DNA of 46,394 bases from Berkelbacteria bacterium GW2011_GWA2_35_9 (lineage in GTDB: Bacteria > Patescibacteriota > UBA1384 > GWA2-35-9). The DNA is taken from positions 1 to 46,394 of the forward strand of contig LBRB01000002.1 of the NCBI GenBank assembly GCA_000991185.1. Reading direction: 5' to 3'. The position numbers and the translations under genes are program-made. The number at the start of each line of letters is the position of its first letter. The stretch's first letter is position 1. A model generated the notes under the pieces. That model was not told the DNA's origin and ran no database searches. It saw nothing but the letters and a program-made list of their open reading frames with translations. Shown piece by piece: positions 9,046-16,918 of this stretch.

Positions 9046-10046
9046 AATAATTTGTTGACTAAATTATTACCTCTTAAATATTTTACCGCTTTTTCAGTTA
9101 ATTTTCTACCTCGATTTGATCGGTGTAAAAATCCAATTTTCATTAAATATGGTTCAACCACCTCTTCTAATGTCTCTTTTTCTTCTCCACAGGCTGAAGC
9201 GATAGTCGATAAACCAACTGGACCGCCATTAAATTTATCGTGAATAAAGTTTATTATTTTTTGATCGAGCGGATCTAATCCAATCGAATCAATAAGTAAA
9301 TGATTCAAGGCTTTATTGGTTGTCTCAAGGTCAATCCGTTTTCTTTTTTCTACTTGAGCATAATCCCGAATACGACTCAATAATCGGTTGGCAATTCTGG
9401 GTGTTTGGCGAGATCGTTTAGCAATTTCCTCCAACGCATCTTCGTCTATTTCAATACCCAATTTTTTACTATTGATTGCAACTATTTTTTTAATTTCTGG
9501 TATAGAGTAAAAATCTAACTGATAGACTACTCCAAATCTATCTCTTAAGGGACTAGATAAAGAACCGATTTTTGTGGTGGCACCAATTAAGGTAAATTTT
9601 GGAATTTCTAATCTTAAATTTTTGGCAGCCGGACCCTTGCCAATAATTATATCTAAACAAAAATCTTCCATCGCCGGGTAAAGAATTTCCTCAATATTTC
9701 TTGGTAAACGGTGGATTTCGTCTAAAAATAAGCAATCTCCTTCCTCTAGGTTAGTCAATAGAGATGCTAGATCGCCAATTTTTGTCAATGCCGGTCCAGA
9801 TGAAGTCTTGAGATTAGCGTTAAGTTCTCTTGCAATGATATTGGATAAAGTTGTTTTTCCAAGTCCAGGAGATCCATGTATAATTACATGGTCAAGTGGT
9901 TGTTTTCTTTGCTGAGCAGCTTTAATAAAAACTTCTAATGAGCGTTTAATATTTTCCTGACCGATATAATCTTTCAGTTGTTTAGGTCTTAAAGAAACAT
10001 CAATAAACCGATCGACTTTTTCTACTTTGTCATTATCTTTTTTCAT
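9042..10046 (-). CDS. ruvB: Holliday junction branch-migration ATPase RuvB
   Basis: LRPKQLKDYIGQ, GPPGLGKTT-like GSPGLGKTT, DEIHRL and a C-terminal winged helix. Its 334 aa fits RuvB. Confidence 0.95.
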   Translation of the reverse strand: MKKDNDKVEKVDRFIDVSLRPKQLKDYIGQENIKRSLEVFIKAAQQRKQPLDHVIIHGSPGLGKTTLSNIIARELNANLKTSSGPALTKIGDLASLLTNLEEGDCLFLDEIHRLPRNIEEILYPAMEDFCLDIIIGKGPAAKNLRLEIPKFTLIGATTKIGSLSSPLRDRFGVVYQLDFYSIPEIKKIVAINSKKLGIEIDEDALEEIAKRSRQTPRIANRLLSRIRDYAQVEKRKRIDLETTNKALNHLLIDSIGLDPLDQKIINFIHDKFNGGPVGLSTIASACGEEKETLEEVVEPYLMKIGFLHRSNRGRKLTEKAVKYLRGNNLVNKLL

Positions 10047-10088
10047 AAAACAAATATATCATAGTACCTTAAAAATAAGTAATAGTAA

Positions 10089-11264
10089 TTAAGGAAGATA
10101 GATCAATGGATTAACCGGAACACCGTCTTCTCTGACTTCAAAATGAAGATGGGAACCATCTCCACTCCCGAAAGCAATCGCAAAACCAGTATTTCCCATA
10201 TATCCAATTAGCTCACCTCTTTTAACTGTATCACCTTCTGAAACGGTAAAACCGGATAAATGACCATATAGAGTTTCAACCCCTGAACCATGATCTAGTT
10301 TAATATATAAACCATAACCATAGGTACTTGATCCACCTGTAAATGAGACCGTTCCGTCTGAAGCTGCTAAAATAGAATCTCCGATCTGTCCATCAATGTC
10401 AGTGCCAGTATGATAAGATTGAACTGGCGTTGGAACTCCAAAATTAGCTGTTATTGCCCCAGAATTTGGCCAAGAAAAAACCATATCACCAACTTTTTTA
10501 TCTCCGGTTCGTTTATTTCTTGAACGAGCTGATTCAGTAATTCTATACAGCTCACTATTAATATTCGTATATTCTTTTTTAGCATCTTCAACAATTTTCT
10601 CAAATTCAGCTTGTTGAACACGCACGTCTTTCAATAATCCTCTTTTAGTATCTTTTTGGCGATCTAATCCAAACTTGAATTTTTGCTGTTCGGTTTTAAT
10701 ACTCTCTAATTCATTTCTCTGCTTTTGCAAATCTTCTTTTTGTTTGATCAATTCATCTTTAAGACGATTAATTTCAGCAATATTTTTTTCCAATCTTGCT
10801 TCTAACGCTGATAGATAGGATGTTTTGTCAACTGCTTCGGATATAGAATTTGAGGTAATTAAACTCAATATACTATTTGACGATCCAATTTCATAAATAA
10901 CTTTAATCGTGTCATACTGTTTAGTGATTTCTTTATTTAGTTCGCTCTCTTTTTGAACAATTTCTTGCGTTTTAGTGCTGATTGTTCCTTCCTTTTCAAC
11001 TATCTGAACCCCTAAAGTACTAATTTTTTGTTCGGTTGATATTATTACAGCTTCTAAATTTTTTATCTCTTTGGCGATTCGTTCTGCTTCAGCTTTTTTT
11101 TCGGCAGCTTTTTGTCGACTAGTTAAAATTTGTTTTGAAAGTGTAGTTCTTTTAGCAAAAAGTTCTTGTAATTGTCTATTTAATTCATCGATTGATTGAG
11201 CTTTCACAGATGAAAATGGAATAAATAGACCAATGATGATGAAAATAGTAAATATTTTTTTCAT
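10089..11264 (-). CDS. Coiled-coil M23 metallopeptidase (EnvC-like)
   Basis: Signal peptide, long coiled coil and a C-terminal M23 domain (HTGTDI, GNTGFA, SHLHFEV). It lies directly downstream of ftsEX. Confidence 0.85.
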   Translation of the reverse strand: MKKIFTIFIIIGLFIPFSSVKAQSIDELNRQLQELFAKRTTLSKQILTSRQKAAEKKAEAERIAKEIKNLEAVIISTEQKISTLGVQIVEKEGTISTKTQEIVQKESELNKEITKQYDTIKVIYEIGSSNSILSLITSNSISEAVDKTSYLSALEARLEKNIAEINRLKDELIKQKEDLQKQRNELESIKTEQQKFKFGLDRQKDTKRGLLKDVRVQQAEFEKIVEDAKKEYTNINSELYRITESARSRNKRTGDKKVGDMVFSWPNSGAITANFGVPTPVQSYHTGTDIDGQIGDSILAASDGTVSFTGGSSTYGYGLYIKLDHGSGVETLYGHLSGFTVSEGDTVKRGELIGYMGNTGFAIAFGSGDGSHLHFEVREDGVPVNPLIYLP

Positions 11265-11265
11265 A

Positions 11266-12180
11266 CTATATTTTTAAATACTTTCTTAAAGACATTATAG
11301 TTGAAATCAATGAAATGAATAAACCAGTCAGTAATTGCCATCCAATTAAAACATAAATATGATCAAATAAAAACTTTTCTAAATCATATTCCGTGATAGA
11401 TAAATATTGAAATGCCAATGATTGGATTACCCTAAACCCAACAAACAAGACTAATGTTGAAATAATCGTGGCTAAAATTACATACATCACCGATTCAACT
11501 AGAAAAGGTAACCGAATAAACGACCAGGAAGCACCGACTAACTGCATGACCTCAAGTTCTTTTTGTCGAGCAAAAATAGTTAAACAAATAGTATTAATTA
11601 TTATGACTAACGCAATGATGATAAATAGTAGACTAACTAAACTTCCAACCCATCGAATAAAACGACTCATATTTAACAATCGATCAATAACCTCTTGATT
11701 GTCTTTTGTTGAAATATGATCAAGTTTAAGCTTAAAAGCAGGTGTTGAAAAATAATCCGAAATTGTAGCAATATTTTCTGGATCTTTAGTCTTTATTTTC
11801 AAACTTCTCGGTAATATATTATCCTCAGGTTTTAACAGCTCTTTTATTTCATTCTTAATTGGTAGTAATTTAAAATAGCTCAATGCCTTCTCCTTATTTA
11901 TATATTCAACCGTTTCAACATCGGCTCGAGCTTTCAATTTAACCTGATAATCAATGATTTCAGCTTCAGAAACTGAATCTTTAAAATAGACTGATAGATC
12001 AATTTTATTTTTTGCAACATTGATAACGCTCGATAAAATCAAATTAAAAACTACAAACGAAGTGATAATTATCAATGTCAAGGACATCATTAGTGTCGCA
12101 ACGGTCGAAAGCCAACCATTTCGATAAAAATTTCTCAAACCTAAAAGAATAATTCTTTTTAGTTTAACTAAACCGATCAT
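11266..12180 (-). CDS. ftsX: Cell-division permease-like protein FtsX
   Basis: Four TM segments with a large first periplasmic loop. It overlaps the ftsE stop. Confidence 0.85.
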   Translation of the reverse strand: MIGLVKLKRIILLGLRNFYRNGWLSTVATLMMSLTLIIITSFVVFNLILSSVINVAKNKIDLSVYFKDSVSEAEIIDYQVKLKARADVETVEYINKEKALSYFKLLPIKNEIKELLKPEDNILPRSLKIKTKDPENIATISDYFSTPAFKLKLDHISTKDNQEVIDRLLNMSRFIRWVGSLVSLLFIIIALVIIINTICLTIFARQKELEVMQLVGASWSFIRLPFLVESVMYVILATIISTLVLFVGFRVIQSLAFQYLSITEYDLEKFLFDHIYVLIGWQLLTGLFISLISTIMSLRKYLKI

Positions 12181-12914
12181 TTTCCGTACCCTCCAGTTTT
12201 TCTATCTTCAATTAATTTTCCTTTTTCAAGTTTAATAACTCTTTGGTTAATTTGATCGACAATATCTTTGTTGTGAGTGGCTAAAATTACAGTTGTACCC
12301 GATGAATTAATTTTTCTCAAAAGATTAATAACATCTTGAGCTGTACCTGGATCTAAATTTCCGGTTGGTTCATCGGCAATCAATATTTTTGGACTGTGGA
12401 CTAATGCTCTTGCAATACTGACTCTTTGTCTCTCCCCTCCTGATAGACTATTAGGGAAAACATCAGCACGGTCCATCAAACCAACTAAATTTAATATTTT
12501 CGGAACTCGGTTTTTTATTTCTTCATCACTCGCTTCAGAAACTTCAAGCGCAAAAACAATATTCTCAGCCACAGTTCTGTGATCAAGCAATTTATAATCT
12601 TGAAAAACTACTCCAATCTTTCTTCTAAAATAAGGAATTTGATATCTTTTAATTGTCGCAATATTTCTATTTGCGATGTATATTTGCCCATGACTAGGAA
12701 TTTCTTCTCTGATTAAAAGTTTTATGACGGTTGATTTACCTGCACCAGACGGACCAACTAATGAAACAAATTCTCCCTCATGAATTCCAAAAGATATCGA
12801 GTCTAGTGCGACAATTCCACCAGCATAGTTTTTTGTTACACCTTCAACACTAATCAATGGACGATTTTTATTTTCTACAACATCAACTCTAGTATTTTTA
12901 TTAAATGCTCTCAT
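12177..12914 (-). CDS. ftsE: Cell-division ABC ATPase FtsE
   Basis: Walker A GPSGAGKST, signature LSGGERQRVSIARA and Walker B ILIADEPTGNLD. Confidence 0.92.
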   Translation of the reverse strand: MRAFNKNTRVDVVENKNRPLISVEGVTKNYAGGIVALDSISFGIHEGEFVSLVGPSGAGKSTVIKLLIREEIPSHGQIYIANRNIATIKRYQIPYFRRKIGVVFQDYKLLDHRTVAENIVFALEVSEASDEEIKNRVPKILNLVGLMDRADVFPNSLSGGERQRVSIARALVHSPKILIADEPTGNLDPGTAQDVINLLRKINSSGTTVILATHNKDIVDQINQRVIKLEKGKLIEDRKTGGYGK

Positions 12915-12946
12915 CCCTCCCCTAAATTAATTGCTTCACTCTATAT

Positions 12947-12975
12947 ATTCTATTGTTATTACACTCATTTGTCAA
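12947..12975 (-). promoter_or_regulatory. Promoter TTGACA-17-TAGAAT for ftsE-ftsX-M23
   Basis: Consensus hexamers on the minus strand. The SD aggggaggg abuts the ATG at 12914. Confidence 0.6.
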
Positions 12976-13005
12976 TTATTTTATTTTTCTATTTTCTCAT
13001 CCCAT

Positions 13006-13038
13006 AACCGAATCACACCTACGATGTGTGATTCGGTT
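13006..13038 (-). repeat. Palindromic hairpin family, copy 2 (13-bp stem)
   Basis: The reverse complement reads aaccgaatcacac-atcgtag-gtgtgattcggtt. It matches copy 1 at 25/33 positions, with the 4 differing stem pairs all compensatory. It sits between two divergent promoters. Confidence 0.8.
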
Positions 13039-13068
13039 AAATATTGTGTGTTTAAAAAATTCATATTA

Positions 13069-13097
13069 TTGACAAAAATACACAATAATTATATAAT
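13069..13097 (+). promoter_or_regulatory. Promoter TTGACA-17-TATAAT for the DUF218 gene
   Basis: Perfect consensus hexamers. The SD ggaggtg lies 5 nt before ATG 13124. Confidence 0.65.
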
Positions 13098-13123
13098 TAA
13101 GGCAATTTCTTGGAGGTGCGAAT

Positions 13124-13666
13124 ATGAACAGTCCGTCTAATAAGAATATATTACTTGTTCCATCTGGGTCAATGCACCCGAATGGTCCAGGATATAGTAC
13201 GGAAATTAGATTGAATGAGGCAATTAGACTTTTCTGTCAATATCCTTTCGACTATATTTTCTGTTCAGGTGGAATCACATCAAACTATGAAAATATACCT
13301 GCGTCTGAATTAATGAAAATATATCTAATAAAGCATAATATTCCCGAAAAACAAATCATCACTGGTTGCCACAATTCTCGTGACAGCTATGAAAATATTC
13401 AAGAATTGCTTGCTTGGCTAAAAAACAATATGGGAATAAATCTTTCATCTATTAACTTAACTATTGTTTCTAATCTTGATCACTTAATTCGTTTTGAAAT
13501 TATTTGTCGACAGGCTAGTTTTAAACGTTTAGATTTGCATATTGTGGAAATGCCATTGACCATACCAGATAAAATTACTGAGATGGTAAAATTTCTAATT
13601 ACTATGTACGATCCAATTGGAAAAAAATTTATTAATCGATATGCGAGAAAAAAAAGGACATTTTGA
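13124..13666 (+). CDS. DUF218 / YdcF-ElyC-SanA family protein
   Basis: ILLVPSG ... CSGG pattern, with size typical of DUF218. Confidence 0.55.
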   Translation: MNSPSNKNILLVPSGSMHPNGPGYSTEIRLNEAIRLFCQYPFDYIFCSGGITSNYENIPASELMKIYLIKHNIPEKQIITGCHNSRDSYENIQELLAWLKNNMGINLSSINLTIVSNLDHLIRFEIICRQASFKRLDLHIVEMPLTIPDKITEMVKFLITMYDPIGKKFINRYARKKRTF

Positions 13667-13675
13667 ATTCTTTTT

Positions 13676-13693
13676 CCCCCGCCACAGCGGGGG
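13676..13693. terminator. GC hairpin terminator between convergent genes
   Basis: cccccgc-caca-gcggggg, flanked by a T-run upstream and tatttta downstream. Confidence 0.7.
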
Positions 13694-13697
13694 TATT

Positions 13698-14933
13698 TTA
13701 TTCAAATACTTTGCAAGTAGAACCAATCCCTTGAGAAGCTAGAGTTTGTAATTTATAATATGCCGGTTTAAAATCTCCATCTTTTTCAACAAGCCCAAAT
13801 TTACTCAATAGAATATTACTTGCGCTTGAATATTCTGGATCATTATAATTGTCAATAATTTCCTGTGCAGTTTTTAAATCCTGGCTATAAAACCACAAAG
13901 TAGCTTGAATACCATTATTAAGCGCTAAAGTAATTCTTGTTTGAAGATCGTTTGCCTGATCGGCTTGAAATTGGCTATCATTTAAAATATAATTTTCAAA
14001 CTCTGTTGATCCTGGAATTGGATTTGGACCAGCTATTTCTGTTGATATTATCGGTTTATTGCAATTACTTTCATTCAATACCTTACTTGTCCATTTAACT
14101 CGATTAGGTATCGATGCTATTGTATGATAAAGATGAATATCGACCATATCTATTTTATTACAGTTATTTATTATTAACTTAGAAAAATTGATCGCAATAT
14201 TATTCCATTTTTCTTGTTCGTCCGGATCGCTAAGTTGTATATGATTTAATAAATTATCAAATTCTGATCGATGAAAATTTATTCCTGGTGAAACAATAAC
14301 TGCATTCGGATCAATTTCTTTTATGGTTGTATAGGCTGCATTAAATTCATCTAAATAATCTATCTCATTAGGATCGTCAAACGGTCCATTGTAAAAAACA
14401 GTATCCCAACGAGGTGTAGCAAAAACTTCATTGCCAATTTGCCAAGCAGTTACAAAATCTTTTCCCACGGTCACAATATCACGAACATACTCTTTATATT
14501 CACTCAAATTTTTTGGTGGACAATTAGCTTTCGGTCTGAAAGTTGCATATAATTTATCTGTAATGTTATGTTGTTGTCTAAAAACAGGATCGTCCATAAA
14601 ACATTTTGTTTTGGTTGGATGGTTTGAATCAAGCGTAATTATTATTTTAACACCAGGGTTTCTTTGTCGAAATCTATCTAAAGCTCTAATTTTTGGAGTT
14701 AATGTTCCGCTGTTGCGAAATTCCTCCCATTCAGTCCATACGATTGGATACCTTGTCCAACCAACCCTTAAATCTTCTGCCATCTCTGGATTAACTAACC
14801 CAAAAACACCAATTCTATCAGATAATTGAGGATTAGGCGTTATATCAGCATTCGATCGATTTAAAATAACAAAAACTGTAATAAGAATAATTATTCCAAC
14901 CGCAACTAGAAAAAGAACCTTTTTTCTCTTCAT
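13698..14933 (-). CDS. Membrane-anchored TIM-barrel glycoside hydrolase (clan GH-A-like)
   Basis: The start is moved to MKRKKVLFLVAVG (ATG 14933) because the longer ORF runs across tRNA-Gly. It has an N-terminal TM anchor, WQIGNEV (acid/base NE) and ISTEIAGP (candidate nucleophile E). Confidence 0.55.
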   Translation of the reverse strand: MKRKKVLFLVAVGIIILITVFVILNRSNADITPNPQLSDRIGVFGLVNPEMAEDLRVGWTRYPIVWTEWEEFRNSGTLTPKIRALDRFRQRNPGVKIIITLDSNHPTKTKCFMDDPVFRQQHNITDKLYATFRPKANCPPKNLSEYKEYVRDIVTVGKDFVTAWQIGNEVFATPRWDTVFYNGPFDDPNEIDYLDEFNAAYTTIKEIDPNAVIVSPGINFHRSEFDNLLNHIQLSDPDEQEKWNNIAINFSKLIINNCNKIDMVDIHLYHTIASIPNRVKWTSKVLNESNCNKPIISTEIAGPNPIPGSTEFENYILNDSQFQADQANDLQTRITLALNNGIQATLWFYSQDLKTAQEIIDNYNDPEYSSASNILLSKFGLVEKDGDFKPAYYKLQTLASQGIGSTCKVFE

Positions 14934-14940
14934 ATTATGA

Positions 14941-14949
14941 ATAGTATCA
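14941..14949 (-). promoter_or_regulatory. Extended -10 (TGaTACTAT) 7 nt upstream of ATG 14933
   Basis: The reverse complement of 14941-14949 is tgatactat. No SD is present, which implies a leaderless mRNA. Confidence 0.4.
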
Positions 14950-14957
14950 CAAAATTG

Positions 14958-14986
14958 TTGATATTTATACTCGTTTAGGCTAAAAT
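14958..14986 (+). promoter_or_regulatory. Promoter TTGATA-17-TAAAAT for the tRNA-Gly/tRNA-Cys unit
   Basis: It uses the same hexamer pair as the secA and tRNA-Leu(UAA) promoters. The predicted start falls at about 14993-14996. Confidence 0.6.
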
Positions 14987-14995
14987 TAGTTTTAT

Positions 14996-15074
14996 GCGAG
15001 AGTAGTTTCCCGACGATTATAAATGTCGGGACTCCGACTGAAACGTCGGAGCAGTGAAAAGATATACAATTTAA
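14996..15074 (+). repeat. tRNA-leader double-hairpin element, copy A
   Basis: gcgagagtagtt (identical to nt 1-12 of tRNA-Gly), then tcccgac-N10-gtcggga, ctccgac-N6-gtcggag and a tail containing gtgaaaag. Confidence 0.7.
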
Positions 15075-15149
15075 GCGAGAGTAGTTCATCGGTAGAACGT
15101 CTCCTTGCCAAGGAGAAGGTAGCGGGTTCAATTCCCGTCTCTCGCTCCA
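15075..15149 (+). tRNA. tRNA-Gly(GCC), CCA encoded
   Basis: Cloverleaf by hand: acceptor gcgagag/ctctcgc, anticodon loop ttgccaa, T arm gcggg-ttcaatt-cccgt. Confidence 0.9.
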
Positions 15150-15158
15150 AATTACACA

Positions 15159-15232
15159 GACCTGGTGACCGAGTGGCTAGGTAGGAGTCTGCAAAACTTC
15201 GCACGGCGGTTCAATTCCGCCCCAGGTCTCCA
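15159..15232 (+). tRNA. tRNA-Cys(GCA), CCA encoded
   Basis: Acceptor gacctgg/ccaggtc, anticodon loop ctgcaaa, T arm ggcgg-ttcaatt-ccgcc. Confidence 0.9.
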
Positions 15233-15235
15233 ATA

Positions 15236-15244
15236 TGTTATAAT
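15236..15244 (+). promoter_or_regulatory. Extended -10 (TGtTATAAT) 8 nt upstream of the secG ATG
   Basis: tgttataat at 15236-15244. secG could alternatively be co-transcribed with the tRNAs. Confidence 0.35.
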
Positions 15245-15252
15245 TCACAAAT

Positions 15253-15468
15253 ATGGAAAAAGTAATTCAAACAATACAAGTTGTCATATCAATCGCATTA
15301 ATTGTGGTTATTTTAGTTCAACAAAAAGGAACTGGCTTGGGTGGTGTTTTTGGTGGTCAAGGCAATGTTTATCGAACTAAAAGAGGCTTTGAAAAATTTT
15401 TACACTATCTAACTATTGTATTAGCGATTGTTTTTGTTACACTCTCTCTAACGAGATTTTTTGTGTAA
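15253..15468 (+). CDS. secG: Preprotein translocase subunit SecG
   Basis: 71 aa with two TM segments and the glycine-rich loop QQKGTGLGGVFGG typical of SecG. Confidence 0.85.
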   Translation: MEKVIQTIQVVISIALIVVILVQQKGTGLGGVFGGQGNVYRTKRGFEKFLHYLTIVLAIVFVTLSLTRFFV

Positions 15469-15470
15469 AT

Positions 15471-16772
15471 ATGATTAATTATAGTTTTAAAAAGTTTCTC
15501 CGTTCGTTCGATAAAAAAGAAAAGATTACATTGTTTATTGCAGTTGTGGTTTTTTTAAGTGCTATTTTTGGGAAAAATATTTATCTAAAAATCACAAACA
15601 CACCGATGCAGCCTAGGGATGGTGGTGAATTTACTGAAGGTATTTTAGCTCGAACCGACAGAGAGGTTGAAAAAAGTTTTAATAATTTAGTAAATTTTAG
15701 CTTACTCTATCTAGATGAAAATATGACGATACAAAATGGGTTAGCTTCTAGCTATGAAATATTTGATGGAGGTAAAAAATATTTGTTCACACTTAAAGAC
15801 GGTATCAACGCAAAAGAACTTACTCCTATTTTTAATGCTCATACAAAAATAAAAAATAATAGTATTAAAGCCGAAACTACTGACGACAATAAACTACAAA
15901 TCACTTTAGAAAAAATCTACACTCCTATTATATACTATTTCACTGAACCAATTTACCCTTATGGACCGTACAAAGTCGCCTCGAAAACTCCTGAGTCAAT
16001 TGAATTAATCAGAAATGAAAGATTCGTTTTACATTCCCCATACATCGAAAAAATTAAAATTAAAATCTATCGTAATCTTAGCAACCTTGAAAAAGCTTAC
16101 CGTGCACAAGAAGTCAACTCGGCTCTAAATGTTTTTGAACAAAATAATGCTAATAAATATATTCTTGAATTACAAAAAAGAGCTGTTTTTTTCTTTAATC
16201 TTGAACAAATTCAGGACAAAAATGTTCGTACTAAATTGAAAAATAATCAAAATATCAATGGTAGCTTAGAAATTAATTTGACAGTTTTAGACACACCGAC
16301 TTTGTTTGAAAAAGCTCAAAAAATAAAAGAACAATTTGCACCACTTGGAGCAACAGTCAATGTTCAAACTATTAATCAAGATGATTTTAATAACTTGGTT
16401 TTATCAGATCGATTATACCAAACGCTTTTAGTTGGGATCGATTTTGGACGAGACCCAGACCCATATCCATTTTGGCATTCGTCTAATATCACTGCTGATG
16501 GGCAAAACTATTCACAATACTTTAACAAAAAAATCGATCGGATGTTAGAAGATTCTCGTTTGGAAATTGACAATAATAAACGACAAGCAATCTACTCTCA
16601 AATTGAAGAAATTGTAAACAATGATGCACCAGTTATTCAATATGAAAAAGAAAAATTAGAATATTTTGTCGATAAAAAAATAAAAGGGATTTTGGTAAAC
16701 CAAGGCATAACTGAATCCGACCGCTTCTCAAATGTTTGGAATTGGTATATCAAAGAAGAACGAAGAAAGTAA
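15471..16772 (+). CDS. Membrane-anchored solute-binding-protein family 5 (peptide/nickel SBP-like) protein
   Basis: N-terminal TM anchor. The C-terminal part shows SBP_bac_5-like segments (DPDPYPFWHSS, QAIYSQIEEIV). No ABC partners are adjacent. Confidence 0.55.
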   Translation: MINYSFKKFLRSFDKKEKITLFIAVVVFLSAIFGKNIYLKITNTPMQPRDGGEFTEGILARTDREVEKSFNNLVNFSLLYLDENMTIQNGLASSYEIFDGGKKYLFTLKDGINAKELTPIFNAHTKIKNNSIKAETTDDNKLQITLEKIYTPIIYYFTEPIYPYGPYKVASKTPESIELIRNERFVLHSPYIEKIKIKIYRNLSNLEKAYRAQEVNSALNVFEQNNANKYILELQKRAVFFFNLEQIQDKNVRTKLKNNQNINGSLEINLTVLDTPTLFEKAQKIKEQFAPLGATVNVQTINQDDFNNLVLSDRLYQTLLVGIDFGRDPDPYPFWHSSNITADGQNYSQYFNKKIDRMLEDSRLEIDNNKRQAIYSQIEEIVNNDAPVIQYEKEKLEYFVDKKIKGILVNQGITESDRFSNVWNWYIKEERRK

Positions 16773-16784
16773 ATTAATCTTTTT

Positions 16785-16871
16785 GGCGCAGTGGTGAAAT
16801 TGGCATACACGCTAGCTTCAGAAGTTAGTCCTGTTTTCAGGTTGAGAGTTCGAGTCTCTCCTGCGCCACCA
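16785..16871 (+). tRNA. tRNA-Leu(CAG), long variable arm, CCA encoded
   Basis: Acceptor ggcgcag/ctgcgcc, anticodon loop ttcagaa, variable arm tcctgttttcaggtt, T arm gagag-ttcgagt-ctctc. Confidence 0.88.
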
Positions 16872-16883
16872 AACGATTTTATC

Positions 16884-16912
16884 TTGCCTATGGAATAATT
16901 AAATAGTATAAT
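16884..16912 (+). promoter_or_regulatory. Promoter TTGCCT-17-TATAAT, with the -10 ending 6 nt before the serS ATG
   Basis: The geometry puts the transcription start on or next to the A of ATG 16919. No SD is present. Confidence 0.55.
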
Positions 16913-16918
16913 CATCTT

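Noticed and set aside
14934-15204. The long N-terminal extension of ORF 13698-15131, and ORFs 14992-15204 and 15165-15380, which cover the tRNA-Gly/tRNA-Cys region
   Set aside because: They run across two well-formed tRNA genes and the leader element. The glycoside hydrolase has a natural start (MKRKK plus a TM segment) at 14933, and the other ORFs have no coding features.
16637-16915. 92-aa minus-strand ORF
   Set aside because: It overlaps tRNA-Leu(CAG) and the 3' end of the SBP-like gene in antisense, and has no motif support.
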